Source: an uncultured Poribacteria bacterium
GTDB taxonomy: Bacteria > Poribacteria > WGA-4E > WGA-3G
Direction of reading: 5' to 3'
NCBI GenBank assembly: GCA_958296135.2
Contig: CATQHZ020000001.1
Location: 4,832,001 to 4,896,000 of the forward strand
DNA: 64,000 nt
Below the pieces are notes generated by a model. That model was given only the letters and a program-made list of their open reading frames with translations, ran no database searches and was not told where the DNA came from. The first letter of the stretch is position 1. Each line of letters starts with the position of its first letter. Shown in pieces: positions 29,362-40,275 of this stretch. Both the position numbers and the translations under genes were made by a program.

Positions 29362-30972
29362 TCATCGCGGTTCGCGACGGAGCCCCATCCAGACGCAAAC
29401 ACACATCCCAAGGAGCACCAACGCGAAGGGCAGCCCTGTCGAGAGTGAGGCGGCTTGCAAGGCTGTCAAACCACCACCGACTAGCAGCACGATTGCGACG
29501 AGTCCTTCGGCCCACGCCCAGAATACCCGTTGCGCGACAGGTGCATCTACCTTACCGCCGGAGGCGATAGTGTCAATGATGAGCGAGCCGGAATCCGACG
29601 AAGTGACAAAAAAGACGATTGTTAGAATCATCCCCGCGCAGGAGAGCAGCATCGTCAACGGCAGTGCGTCAAACATTTTGAACAATACGAGCTCCGGTTT
29701 GTACGCTTCAACCGTCTCGGTTACGCCGGTGTAGCCCTCGGTTAGGAATTGGTGGATGGAGGTGCCACCGAAGACACTAAACCACAGCAAACAGAGTAGC
29801 GTCGGGAGGATGAGCACAAAGAACATAAACTCTCGCACGGTGCGCCCCTTTGAAATGCGGGCGATGAACGAACCGACGAACGGTGCCCAGGCAATCCACC
29901 AGGCCCAGTAGAACGTCGTCCATCCGTGCATGAACGCCTTATCTTCCCGGCCGATCCAATTACTGAGTGGCCCAGTCTTCATGACATATTCCCCGAGTCC
30001 TCCAAGCATACTCTGGAAGATGTACCGCGTTGGGCCGAGGATGAACACGGCAGCCAGCAACAGAAACGCGAGGATGATGTTGAACTGACTCAGCCGCTTA
30101 ATGCCGACGTTAATCCCGGACAACACAGAAATCATCGCTATCGTCGTAATCACGAGAATCAAGATCACCATTGTCCAGATATTCTGGGGCACGTCAAAGA
30201 GATAATTGAGCCCAGCTGTCACTTGCTGCGCCCCGAATCCGAGCGATGTTGCGAGCCCGAAGAGCCCGGCAAAGATTGCAAACGTATCAATAATGTGTCC
30301 CGGCCAGCCCCAAATCCGCTCTCCGAAGATAGGATAGAATACCGAGCGGATAGTCAGAGGTAACCCTTTATTATAGGCGAAGAACGCGAGGCCGAGGCCG
30401 ACAATAGCGTAGACTGCCCACCCGTGCAAGCCCCAATGATAAGTGGTTGTCGCTATCGCCAAGGAGGCTACCTTCTGCGTGTCGGCGGACTCCATGTCGG
30501 GCGTATTCTCCGTGGTATAGACAGTAGCTGTGTCATAAATTTTCTCTACGCCGAGCGGGGGACTCTGAAAGTAGGTAACCGGCTCAAGCACCCCAAAAAA
30601 GAGGAGCCCGATGCCGACACCCGCGGCGAAGAGCATCGCCAACCAGGTCAGATAGGAATATTCAGGCTTCGCTTCTTTCCCACCGAGGCGCACCTTGCCG
30701 AGTGGGGAAAATGCCAGTGCCAGACAAAATAGCACGACAAGATTGACGCTGAGCATGAAAAACCAGTCAAGGTTCGTCGTGAGCCATGAACGCGTACTCT
30801 TAAAGAGCTCCGTGGCGTGTTCCTGAAAAATAAGCGAACCGACAACAAAAACCACGATGGCAATACTAGAAATCACGAATACCGGTGTCAGCAGAATGTT
30901 TAGACCGAAGAGTTTCCGGTACTGCTGTTCGTCCGGTAAGCGCGGCTGTTCTCCTTCTCCGTGCTTATGCAT
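29362..30972 (-). CDS. BCCT family betaine/carnitine/choline transporter
   Basis: WLAMLFAAGVGIG, HWGLHGW and WTTFYWAWWIAWAPFVGSFIARISKGRT motifs. Confidence 0.96.
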   Translation of the reverse strand: MHKHGEGEQPRLPDEQQYRKLFGLNILLTPVFVISSIAIVVFVVGSLIFQEHATELFKSTRSWLTTNLDWFFMLSVNLVVLFCLALAFSPLGKVRLGGKEAKPEYSYLTWLAMLFAAGVGIGLLFFGVLEPVTYFQSPPLGVEKIYDTATVYTTENTPDMESADTQKVASLAIATTTYHWGLHGWAVYAIVGLGLAFFAYNKGLPLTIRSVFYPIFGERIWGWPGHIIDTFAIFAGLFGLATSLGFGAQQVTAGLNYLFDVPQNIWTMVILILVITTIAMISVLSGINVGIKRLSQFNIILAFLLLAAVFILGPTRYIFQSMLGGLGEYVMKTGPLSNWIGREDKAFMHGWTTFYWAWWIAWAPFVGSFIARISKGRTVREFMFFVLILPTLLCLLWFSVFGGTSIHQFLTEGYTGVTETVEAYKPELVLFKMFDALPLTMLLSCAGMILTIVFFVTSSDSGSLIIDTIASGGKVDAPVAQRVFWAWAEGLVAIVLLVGGGLTALQAASLSTGLPFALVLLGMCVCVWMGLRREPR

Positions 30973-31184
30973 AATTTTCTCCCTGATTTTTCCGTATCGC
31001 CGCGAAGCAAGTGCGGGAACCCCACTGCAGCGTAGCGCGGGGGATTTCTTTCGTCCTTTGGCCCCCGTGCTCGCCGGGGCAGGGCGAGGGACAAGCGTTT
31101 CGGCGTGATGCCCCTCGCCCTACGCGACTCAGCGACGGCAGCGTAAATTACCCGATTTCATTCTTCGGACGATACAGAGAAATG

Positions 31185-32498
31185 CTAGAAATAATAGCCA
31201 AAGTTCAAATTAAGACGCGTATTCCACGTATCATTTCCGTTGGCACCCAGGTCACCTACCCCAAGGAGGCTACCGTAGTCATCGCCATCGTTACCGACGA
31301 AACCGTTGCCGTTGGAAACCCCGACATCGCTATAAACATAGAGATTCCCGAAGAGCGTCCAACTTGCGCCGACAACCAACAAATGGCTGGGATTGTAGTC
31401 GGCTACCGTTTTCAGGACAGTGCTGAATTCAACATACGGCGTAACACTGTCAATCCATGAGACACCCGATGCATCGATGCCACCATAGCGCAGCGAGAGC
31501 GCGGGAATGAGTCCCTCCGAGGCGATGGGCCACGCGAAATCAAAGGCACCCATCGGAATCAAGTCTCCTGTGCCCCAAGGCGTTTCATCCGCGATGTTAT
31601 ACGCGTAATAGGAGAATTGTGAAAAGAGGGTGAAGTCCGAGAACGCGTTTTTCATGTGCGCGGAGACAGCATAGTGGTTCGCGCCATCGTCATCCACGTC
31701 GGTTCCTTTCAGCAACCCGTATTGCAGTGACGCGCCGATGTCCGCAACATCCCCCACGCTATAAATCGCGCGCAAGTTCACTTGATGTTGCTCATCAAAT
31801 CCGTTTTCACCGGCTCCCCACGCCACGACACCTTTGGCATCAGCGTGTTCTTCCCATCTGACGATGTCGTAGGTGTAGCGCGAACTCGCGACGCTGTCAC
31901 CATCCGTTTGGAATTCGCTTTGCAAGTAGTAGGCAACGTCAAGTTGCAACTTGTCAAAAGTGCTATTCCATCTTACCCCGAGGTCCATGTCATCGGCGAG
32001 TCCGACGTAATAGTGCTGGTCGAAGTACCAACTGGAAGACACGCCGTAAGCCCCCGGCCCGAAAGGCACGCGCACAATCCCGGCTTTGAGCGTTCCAAAA
32101 TCGCCGAGGTTATATCCCAACCACGCCGTATGAATCATGCTGTAGTTGTCGTACCACCGGTATTCTAATCGACTGATGATGTTCTGATAGTCCAGATCGG
32201 CGTTGAGACGGAAAATCTCAAGATCTACATCACCGATGCGTTGCCCGCGGCGATGGGGGTTATCAGCATCGCCGTAAGTGCCGTAGGCATAACTTACCCG
32301 CATCGCCCCGCCAATTTTCACGGGACTTTTCTTGGGCGGCGCAGCTGCTTCCTCCGTTGTGTCTGCTACAGCGAATGCGACGATGAGTAGCAGGCAGGCG
32401 AGGGCGATTTCGCCGATGGCGATGGCGCGCCTCGCGCTTTTGTAACCCTGGTTTGTGAAATTCAAAGGTTTTCTCCTTCGCGACCTGAGGCCGCTCAT
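31185..32498 (-). CDS. Outer-membrane porin-like beta-barrel upstream of the BCCT transporter
   Basis: Signal peptide; amphipathic strands; C-terminal NFGYYF. Confidence 0.8.
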   Translation of the reverse strand: MSGLRSRRRKPLNFTNQGYKSARRAIAIGEIALACLLLIVAFAVADTTEEAAAPPKKSPVKIGGAMRVSYAYGTYGDADNPHRRGQRIGDVDLEIFRLNADLDYQNIISRLEYRWYDNYSMIHTAWLGYNLGDFGTLKAGIVRVPFGPGAYGVSSSWYFDQHYYVGLADDMDLGVRWNSTFDKLQLDVAYYLQSEFQTDGDSVASSRYTYDIVRWEEHADAKGVVAWGAGENGFDEQHQVNLRAIYSVGDVADIGASLQYGLLKGTDVDDDGANHYAVSAHMKNAFSDFTLFSQFSYYAYNIADETPWGTGDLIPMGAFDFAWPIASEGLIPALSLRYGGIDASGVSWIDSVTPYVEFSTVLKTVADYNPSHLLVVGASWTLFGNLYVYSDVGVSNGNGFVGNDGDDYGSLLGVGDLGANGNDTWNTRLNLNFGYYF

Positions 32499-32637
32499 AA
32501 CAACTCTGTTTTAGTATACTGCAATAGGACAGACGCAGAACAAACCCCGTAGGCGCAGCTGAAAACCGCGCCTACCGAGGGAAATCGTCTATCTTGTGCA
32601 AATTAACGATGCCTGTCGGTTTTCGGTTGCAGGTTAC

Positions 32638-34629
32638 CTATCCCCGACTTCCTTCTGACATCATCACTATCATTTGGATAAGCTGCCTAAAATCGCCGAG
32701 GGTGATGAGCAATGTGGCATCAATTCCACCTTCACGTGCTTTGGCGGCGAAACCGATGCTGTAATTATCGGGGAGATTCGCCAACATTCCCGAAAACATC
32801 TGCATTGCAGCCGCATTGCCCGGGTCGCTTTGTGCCAAGAGCGGCACAAAACTTTTAATCGCGATGATGGGCGAAATCGCGAAGAAGACGTGAGTATCCG
32901 TGCCCAACTTTTTCGCCAAATGCTGATAACTGGGATGGGTAACCAATGTGGTGCCACTCCCCGCCATTCTGTCCAGCGCGTCTTTCAGTGCCTGCGGACT
33001 TTCGCCGAACGTCAAAAAGAGATGCCCTTCGGTGAAAGCGTAGTAGAAGTTTAACGTCGCCGGCATTGGGAGTGGGAGTTCTTCGGACTGCAAAACCTTG
33101 CCGAAGTTTGGAAAGCTGTAACTTTGAATCTCCACGCCGTTGTGCATCTCAGGGGTTCCGGGCTGTGAGCCTTCATACATGCCCAGCACGTTGGCAGCAT
33201 TTGGCACATTCTCCAGCACGCCTTGCATCAACTGCATAGAGCCCTGTAGTTGCGCCACAAATCCATCGGCCATGTATGCCCGCGCCGCCGGTTCATCTTG
33301 AATGCCATAGATGACAAGGTAGTCCGGGATGAAACTATTGGCGAAATTGAAGGAGAAACTCGTCTTTCCGTTCAGTGCATCAGAAAACGCGTTCAACCTT
33401 TCGACGAGCGGCGCCAGCATCGTCTGCTGTTCGGGAGTCTCTTGCGGCAAGAATTTCAGTCCGAACGTATTAAACGCAAGCAGTGCCTTTTTGCTCAGCT
33501 GCATCGCACCGCTGAAAGCGGCGTGCTCGGGTAACCCATCGAGGAGTGACAATTCGCCCGGCATCGTGCCGAGTGCCTTTTGCAACTCGCTGTCTGCTTT
33601 AAACGTCACGGAAGGCGCAATTTGCACATCGGCACCTTCAACCTGTAGCGTCAGCCGGAGTACCTTTATTTGTTCAATGAAAGCGGCCCCGCTGCCCAAC
33701 ATGTTCTTTACCATCGGCACCATGCCGGCTGATTCGGGGGCACTTTCTAGGCTGTCAATCATCTCGCCCAATTCTTTTTTAAGCCCCTCGCTCAACCGCG
33801 GCCCGATGGAGTCAAAGTCAAAGTGAGCAGCGAGTTGATTCGTGCCTGCTACAACATCGCCGAGAAACTCGGCATAATCGGCGTTCATGGTGACAGCCGG
33901 CATGTTCCTCTGATACACATCAATCGCGTTTTCACACACCGCCGCCTGCTGCGAGAAGACGAGAATATCATCTAAAATCGTGAAACTCCCGCCACCCCCG
34001 GCGGCGTTCCAATAGGTTACGCCGCTGTATTCAATAGGCGCGGTGCCTTCAGCCTCCATCGTAATCACCTGCATGATGGCCGCGGGCTCGGTTAAATGCA
34101 CGGTAGCAGAGAGAAACATCGGTTCCAGGCTCGTCAAGAAGATGGCGAAATCCCTGTTTAAATCGAGTCCGATCTCCTCCAATTCCGCAAGACGCTCGAA
34201 ACCTGCGCCGAAAGTATCGGCCAAAATGCTGGCGAGAAGCTCCGGCGGTTCCGCCATTGGCATCAAGTCTTGAGCCAGCGCATTCAGCCGAGCATCCAAC
34301 TCAGCCAAACTGGGGCAGTAAATGAGCCCTACCGTTTGTTCGGGAATAAGATGGAGCACACTCCCTTCCGGCACGGTAGGCAGGGCCACTTGCTCTTCCG
34401 GGAGATGAGAGCGGTGTGCCTCGGGTGGCGCTTCCATTTCTCCTTCAGCCGGTTCAACTTCCTTTGCCTCCGGCGATTCGCGAGTCATCGCTGCTTCCGC
34501 TTCTGCCGACTCAGCGGGTGCTGCAACGGCGGTGGGTGGTGGCGGTTCCTTCGCGCTACACCCGAAGAATATGAGTGCCGCGAAGAGTGCCAGCGCGATG
34601 AACGATAAGGGTAAACATCTCCTAGTCAT
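32638..34629 (-). CDS. Large hypothetical lipoprotein
   Basis: Lipobox IFFG-C; 663-aa ORF; AAGGAG RBS. Confidence 0.75.
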   Translation of the reverse strand: MTRRCLPLSFIALALFAALIFFGCSAKEPPPPTAVAAPAESAEAEAAMTRESPEAKEVEPAEGEMEAPPEAHRSHLPEEQVALPTVPEGSVLHLIPEQTVGLIYCPSLAELDARLNALAQDLMPMAEPPELLASILADTFGAGFERLAELEEIGLDLNRDFAIFLTSLEPMFLSATVHLTEPAAIMQVITMEAEGTAPIEYSGVTYWNAAGGGGSFTILDDILVFSQQAAVCENAIDVYQRNMPAVTMNADYAEFLGDVVAGTNQLAAHFDFDSIGPRLSEGLKKELGEMIDSLESAPESAGMVPMVKNMLGSGAAFIEQIKVLRLTLQVEGADVQIAPSVTFKADSELQKALGTMPGELSLLDGLPEHAAFSGAMQLSKKALLAFNTFGLKFLPQETPEQQTMLAPLVERLNAFSDALNGKTSFSFNFANSFIPDYLVIYGIQDEPAARAYMADGFVAQLQGSMQLMQGVLENVPNAANVLGMYEGSQPGTPEMHNGVEIQSYSFPNFGKVLQSEELPLPMPATLNFYYAFTEGHLFLTFGESPQALKDALDRMAGSGTTLVTHPSYQHLAKKLGTDTHVFFAISPIIAIKSFVPLLAQSDPGNAAAMQMFSGMLANLPDNYSIGFAAKAREGGIDATLLITLGDFRQLIQMIVMMSEGSRG

Positions 34630-34733
34630 TGTTTCGATTCTCCTTCTTTCACGTAGGGCGAGGGAAACCTGTCCCTCGCCTTGTCGTCACTTTAAGGGTG
34701 AAACGTCCATACCAATACCCACCCTTATGCGGC

Positions 34734-35831
34734 TTAGCGTCCTTGACTCTGCGTCGCAGCAACCCTTTCTTCAAAGGCATCAATTTCCGCGTTAGAGGTA
34801 AGCACGCCGATTTCTACCTCGTAGTGCCGGCGGCCGCCGGGCTCAATGAACTGTAGCGTCCCCGCTTCGCGCGCCGCCGCTCTGCCATCAACAAGGCAGT
34901 TTGAGGGCTCCAAGCCCATCACGTAAGTGCCTTCACCGCACATTTTCCACTGGACAAAGTTCGGGAACTGCGTCTTGTGGTAACGCACGGAGACACCGAT
35001 ACCTTGTCCATTGTTAAACGCACGGTTTACTAACGCCACGTGAATGTGGTTATGCACGTCCGCCTCCATCGTGTGATAGTAGACCTGCTCCTGGAAGTCA
35101 ACGGTTGGCGGTTCCCCGAAATTGTAATTGTTCAGGCTTTCGGCGGCGTGTTCGTCCCGGGGAGTTACCTGTGTCGACGGCGCAAGGAATTCGCTGCCCG
35201 CCGCGAGAATCGGGAACCCGACGTTAATATGGAAGAGGTACATGTGAGGCGAATCCTGATACCCCACGTTCTCGACAATGTCCTCAATATGCAACGTACG
35301 CGAACCTAACTCGCTCCAAATCCGCCGGGTGCGGCAGAGGTTCTCGCCTAACGCCGCCGTCTCCGTAACCTTTCCTTGTGCCCAGAGCAAATAGCGATGC
35401 CCTTCCCAGCGGCTGTCTATCCAAACGTTTTTCGCGGGAATGTGCGAGACGCGCCCATGCAACCCGAGTTCTTCATCGTCATCGTCTGAAGGCACACCGA
35501 CTTGCCGCATCCCGCAGGTTGTCAACAACCCACCGGAGAAACTGCGCAACCAGCCAAGCCCCCGCGGCTCATAATGCGCCGGATGCACATCGCCCGTGCC
35601 GGAACGCCAACAGAGCGGGATGCCTTGATATGCAGCATAAGAGATATCCAGCCCGCGGCTCGGCAGAACAGTAAAATTCAAGCCCGACCCTGTGCGGAAA
35701 TCGATAGCCTCAACGCCTTTTTCAGAACCGTCTGCCAGTTGGCACACCTTAGCATGCGCAATCTGAGAGATATCCCCAACGTGACGAAGCAGTTGTATTC
35801 TATCATACGTTGCCCCATATAGGTTTATCAA
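34734..35831 (-). CDS. Aldose 1-epimerase-like protein (DUF4432 family)
   Basis: RGLDI, GGLLTTCG, LHGR, HINVG and YVMGLEP motifs. Confidence 0.85.
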   Translation of the reverse strand: MINLYGATYDRIQLLRHVGDISQIAHAKVCQLADGSEKGVEAIDFRTGSGLNFTVLPSRGLDISYAAYQGIPLCWRSGTGDVHPAHYEPRGLGWLRSFSGGLLTTCGMRQVGVPSDDDDEELGLHGRVSHIPAKNVWIDSRWEGHRYLLWAQGKVTETAALGENLCRTRRIWSELGSRTLHIEDIVENVGYQDSPHMYLFHINVGFPILAAGSEFLAPSTQVTPRDEHAAESLNNYNFGEPPTVDFQEQVYYHTMEADVHNHIHVALVNRAFNNGQGIGVSVRYHKTQFPNFVQWKMCGEGTYVMGLEPSNCLVDGRAAAREAGTLQFIEPGGRRHYEVEIGVLTSNAEIDAFEERVAATQSQGR

Positions 35832-36029
35832 ATTAGCGTTCTCCTTTTTAAAATGTGATCTGTGGAATCAACTTTTGCCGTTTTTATGAATTATAGCATA
35901 AATGCAGAGAAAAATGCAAATCGCTGTCTAAATTTTTCTTGACTTGCTGTCTATTTTTGTGGTAAACTTAATCATTGAAAGCAATTCTCTCACGGGAAGA
36001 AGGGACATTCAAGATGGAATTTTTTATGA

Positions 36030-36347
36030 TTGCAGGAAGGAGCGTCAATTGAGATGGTAATGTCAAACCCTCAAAACACGGCGGCTCCTGCAACGACAGA
36101 AGAACCCGATATCATGCCAGATGCTATCCACGATTTAGGCGAACTCGGCTGCGGTGACCTGATTATCGCGATGCTGAAAGCCATGCGGCCCCTTGAACCG
36201 GGACAGATAGCACAAATCCGCGCAGTAGACCCGGGCGCGCCCGTGGACATCGCGGCATGGTGCAATATGAAAGGCAACGAACTCCTCGCCGATTGCTGCG
36301 GGGAAGACAACGCCTACTTTTATATCAAAAAAGGAGATAATTCCTAA
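36030..36347 (+). CDS. TusA family sulfur carrier (start may be 36053 or 36060)
   Basis: DLGELGCG...DPGA..DIAAWC motif. Confidence 0.8.
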   Translation: MQEGASIEMVMSNPQNTAAPATTEEPDIMPDAIHDLGELGCGDLIIAMLKAMRPLEPGQIAQIRAVDPGAPVDIAAWCNMKGNELLADCCGEDNAYFYIKKGDNS

Positions 36348-36706
36348 TGGCGAAACTCATGATTAGCATTACACACGCGAAGGATAACACCGACAAAGCC
36401 ACTGTCGGATTTGTCGTCGCCAACGCATCCGTCGCCTCCGGTGTGGAAACCGTGGTCTTCCTCAGCACGGAAGGCGTGTATCTCTCGCAGAACGGTTACG
36501 CCGATGACATCCACGAGGACGGCTTCGCGCCGTTGAAACAACTCATGGCGGATTTCGCCGAATTCGGCGGAACCATCTGGGTGTGCTCCCCGTGCTTCAA
36601 AAAGCGCGAACTAGATATGGACACCCTGGTCGATGCCGCCGCCATCGTCGGCGGCGCGAAAGCCGTTGAGTTCCTCACAACGGGTGGTTCCTGTATCACC
36701 TATTGA
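36347..36706 (+). CDS. DsrE/F-like protein
   Basis: VFLSTEGV, IWVCSPC and VGGA motifs; translationally coupled to the TusA gene. Confidence 0.88.
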   Translation: MAKLMISITHAKDNTDKATVGFVVANASVASGVETVVFLSTEGVYLSQNGYADDIHEDGFAPLKQLMADFAEFGGTIWVCSPCFKKRELDMDTLVDAAAIVGGAKAVEFLTTGGSCITY

Positions 36707-36889
36707 ACTCGGGCACGCGCGAGCCGGGCTCGCGACGCGACGCTGAGACGCTCCCTCCCATCGTGGAACAGATTCGCGCTATCCGCGCGGAAACCTCTCC
36801 TGGGAGGGACTCTCCATTCTTCGTAAGAGCCACCTCCTGAACGCAACGCTAGAACCGTTTCTGTAGTACGACGGTGGAAACAGACTATT

Positions 36890-37630
36890 ATGAGACAAGA
36901 AGACTTACAAGCACCCGATACCCTCCAAACACCCCACATCTGCGAAGGCGGCAACCTTGACTGCGGCTCTGGACTCCTCCTCCTCATCCGGAAATCGATG
37001 GAAGCAGTGCCAGATGGCGAAATCCTAGAGATTCGCAGCACCGAAATCAGCGTCAAGGCAGACCTGCCCGCGTGGTGCCGCATGACAGAAAACCCCTATC
37101 TGGGGTGGCGGCCCGTAACGGAACATAACAAATACTTTGTGCGCAGAGGCGAAGCGGAGCAAGATGCCGAACTCGCCTATGAACAAGCGCGAGATTACCG
37201 ATGGCAAACGCGTATCCACTGGGATGGCGGCATGCAGACGAAAGTCTTCTGCCGGAACCATTCTTGGGCGGTGGGACAACCCGCCAGTTTTGATGTCCGC
37301 GACGCTGCGCCGAGTGCAGTGGAATATGTCCTCGGCGCGCTCGGTTCTTGCCTCGCGATGGGGTTCCAGATCCGTGCTTCGCAGCAGCAGGTAGAAATCG
37401 ACGAACTCGAAATCTCGCTCAGCGGCCAGATCGATAATATCTTCGTCTTTTTGGGGACAGAGAGTGAGGGGCATAGCGGTTTTAAAGAGATTCGTGGCAC
37501 CCTCTACGTCTCTTCCGATGCGGATGATGAAGTGTTAGAGACGCTTTGGGAAGAGACGTTAGCTGCTTCGCCAGTGACGCATACGTTGACGCGAGGAGTT
37601 GAGGTTCAGGTGGAGCTGCGCGTGATTTAA
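36890..37630 (+). CDS. TusA-OsmC fusion protein
   Basis: LDCGSG and DLPAWC (TusA); PSAVEYVLGALGSC and SPV (OsmC). Confidence 0.85.
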   Translation: MRQEDLQAPDTLQTPHICEGGNLDCGSGLLLLIRKSMEAVPDGEILEIRSTEISVKADLPAWCRMTENPYLGWRPVTEHNKYFVRRGEAEQDAELAYEQARDYRWQTRIHWDGGMQTKVFCRNHSWAVGQPASFDVRDAAPSAVEYVLGALGSCLAMGFQIRASQQQVEIDELEISLSGQIDNIFVFLGTESEGHSGFKEIRGTLYVSSDADDEVLETLWEETLAASPVTHTLTRGVEVQVELRVI

Positions 37631-38161
37631 CTGGACAGACAGACGCAGGACGATACCTGATTGTGTTCTTTATTCAGAAACAGAACAACCTTGCCCTGAT
37701 TCTGAGTGCTCGTGACATAGATAGAAAGGAGAGACGTAGGCATGAAAGCAAATGAAGTTGAACAGACTACCAGCATCTCTAAAGCGCAAACCCTGGAAGC
37801 GATAGCCGAATTTTGGGATACACATAGTCTGACAGACTATTGGGATGAAACCCACGAAGTTGAATTTGAGGTGAGGATGCAGCGGCGACACCGTGTCACG
37901 CTCGCTCCTGAAATTTACGAAAAGGTTGAAACGCAGGCGCGGATGCAAGGCGTTTTACCTGAAACCCTAGTCAATTTGTGGTTAGCGGAACGGCTTCAAA
38001 GCACCAAGTAGCCGTTTCTAGGGGATTCGCATCCCCTACATCTCTTCCGATGCGGATGATGAGGTATTAGAGACGCTTTGGGAAGAGACGTTAGCTGCTT
38101 CGCCAGTGACGCATACGTTGACGCGAGGAGTTGAGGTTCAAGTGGAGCTGCGCGTGATTTA
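37504..38161 (+). repeat. About 126-bp direct repeat (37504-37629 and 38036-38161) duplicating the 3' end of the OsmC fusion gene
   Basis: Near-identical sequences with only a few A/G differences. Confidence 0.9.
37742..38011 (+). CDS. Orphan CopG/BrnA-like antitoxin
   Basis: EFWDTHSLTDY motif plus an RHH-like C-terminus. Confidence 0.75.
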   Translation: MKANEVEQTTSISKAQTLEAIAEFWDTHSLTDYWDETHEVEFEVRMQRRHRVTLAPEIYEKVETQARMQGVLPETLVNLWLAERLQSTK

Positions 38162-38397
38162 GAGGCGTGAAAATCAATTTGACTTTTTGCGTGGAAATAG
38201 GGTATAATTAACACTAACGATTCGATACAAATCGTCAGGACGGATATCGTTCATATCCGCCCGTGTCCCGAAATCCCGTTTCATGCTATGAAAGTAGATA
38301 CGATGAGGGAAAACAGGAAACTCCTAGAGCGGGCGAACGACGCGCGCAAAAAGATGCACCACCACTCCCCATCGTGCGGAATAGGCAGTTTGCAAGG

Positions 38398-39822
38398 TTA
38401 GAGGACGCTGCGTTCGCTGAGAGGGATTTTTGGTGCCACCCCCGCGAAGTAGCCCTTAATCTCGTATATCTGCAAGCATGGACACTCAAAGTCCAACGTA
38501 GGATGTTTCCATATTCCCGCACGGGATGCCTCTTTTTGCATTTCACGCGTAGGCGGTTTCGCAACTACAAAAACACCCAATTCGGCGTTCACGTTGCCCA
38601 TCGCCGTGCGGAAATCACGGACATGTCCAAGCGTATAATTGCCACCCTTGACTTGAGCAACCATCTTCCCGTAGGATTTCCGCCCACCGCTCTTACCGAG
38701 AGGAAAATTGCGAACACCATCGACTCCGCCATCCCTACCACGAGTCGCATTTCGCTGGAAATTCAGTACGTGAGCCACGCACCACTCCTCAAAGCCAAAC
38801 GGATCCTCAGATGCAAGACGAATTGCAGAAGGAAGGTCTTCGGGGGTGCCAATAATCCTCACCTCATCACGAATGTGCGGACAGAACTTCTCCACTTGTA
38901 AATTGACAGCACCAGTAGCAAGATAGGTGAGGTCAATGCCAATCCATCGACGTCCGAGGTTCTCGGCCGCAATCACGGTTGGGCCGCATCCGCAGAACGG
39001 ATCCAGAACCAAGTCACCCTCGTTACTGGAAGCTTTAAGTATACGTTCATAGAGTGCAATCGGCTTCTGCGTCGGATATCCCGTGCGTTCGATTATCAGA
39101 CGCTGCACGGGAGTGCAGTCAGACCACCAGTTGGGCATAACCTTACCTTTTGCAACCTCCTCTGCTGAATACTCTGTATTTGTTCCCCAGCCCTTGCCAT
39201 CCAATTTGCTTCCGCGCTTGTAGGGAGTCCTGACGTTGTCAACATTGAAAGTCCATGTCGAACCTTTTGTATAAAACAGAATATTGTCGGTTTTCCTTGG
39301 AAACCATCGCCGGACATTTGCGGGCGTATCATAGCACCAAACTATCTCATTCCGGAAGTTCTTCACGCCAAAGACTGCATCCATAAGCAGTTTGAGGTAG
39401 TGGCCGGCAGATGAATCGCAGTGCAGGTAGATGCTCCCAGTGGGCTTCAGCACGCGGTGCATTTCCACTAGGCGGACCCCCATCATCACTAGATACGCCA
39501 TCATCGGAGTTTCTTTGAGAAATGTCCACATTCCCATGATTGTTTCTCCCACAAGCCCGCCGACTTCCGTAATCAGCTTATCACAAGCCGTCTCCGCTGC
39601 ATGCCCCCAACCCCAAGTGTCAGAAAACGCCTTCACGAGAGTTTCGGGTTCTTTACCTTGCTCGTCGCGGAACGGCACAAAGTAATCGCGCTTGGAATTA
39701 AACGGTGGATCGGTAGCGATGATGTCCACCGCCTGGTCTGGGAGCCTCTCCATCCATTCAAGGTTGTCACCCCTAAACAAGGTGCGGTTGATAGTGCTAG
39801 GATTCAGATCCAGATTTAACAT
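38398..39822 (-). CDS. N6/N4 DNA methyltransferase with a C-terminal Mrr-like nuclease domain
   Basis: DPPF, YPTQKP and DPFCGCG motifs; C-terminal DGGVDG...QVK. Confidence 0.9.
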   Translation of the reverse strand: MLNLDLNPSTINRTLFRGDNLEWMERLPDQAVDIIATDPPFNSKRDYFVPFRDEQGKEPETLVKAFSDTWGWGHAAETACDKLITEVGGLVGETIMGMWTFLKETPMMAYLVMMGVRLVEMHRVLKPTGSIYLHCDSSAGHYLKLLMDAVFGVKNFRNEIVWCYDTPANVRRWFPRKTDNILFYTKGSTWTFNVDNVRTPYKRGSKLDGKGWGTNTEYSAEEVAKGKVMPNWWSDCTPVQRLIIERTGYPTQKPIALYERILKASSNEGDLVLDPFCGCGPTVIAAENLGRRWIGIDLTYLATGAVNLQVEKFCPHIRDEVRIIGTPEDLPSAIRLASEDPFGFEEWCVAHVLNFQRNATRGRDGGVDGVRNFPLGKSGGRKSYGKMVAQVKGGNYTLGHVRDFRTAMGNVNAELGVFVVAKPPTREMQKEASRAGIWKHPTLDFECPCLQIYEIKGYFAGVAPKIPLSERSVL

Positions 39823-40020
39823 TCGTGTCTCCTTATAGATTCATTTCTATTCGACGGTGACTCTAATGTCTCCCCCTTACCCTACGTTATATCACCTATT
39901 GAGCAAAAAGTCAAGTCTAAAAGCGAGAAAACAATCGCGCTGCGTTTTTTCTTTGACATGCAGCCGCTTTTTGTGATATACTTAAGAGTGTATCCTCGTA
40001 TGCCTCACAAAGGAGAAACG

Positions 40021-40242
40021 ATGAAGGAAGCAACCCCTGAACACCAGGACCCGGACATGCTCGACGAATACGACTTCAGCAACGGCATCCGCGGCAAATA
40101 TGCTGACAGGTTTGACGATTTTACCATCCTCGTGAAACTCGACAACGATGTCGCCAGAATGTTCCCTAATGCCAAAGCCGTTAACGAGGCTTTGCGCGCA
40201 CTGGGCAAAATCATCGCGGAGCATCAACCGAAAGCGGAATGA
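40021..40242 (+). CDS. Orphan BrnA-like antitoxin
   Basis: EYDFSNGIRGKY...VNEALR; own promoter TTGACA-18-TATACT at ~39953-39982. Confidence 0.75.
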   Translation: MKEATPEHQDPDMLDEYDFSNGIRGKYADRFDDFTILVKLDNDVARMFPNAKAVNEALRALGKIIAEHQPKAE

Positions 40243-40275
40243 GTCGCTAGCGTTAACCACGAAGAACTCCCCACA

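Noticed and set aside
37504-38161. Diversity-generating retroelement TR/VR pair
   Set aside because: Mismatches are A/G in both directions and mostly synonymous; no reverse transcriptase in the window
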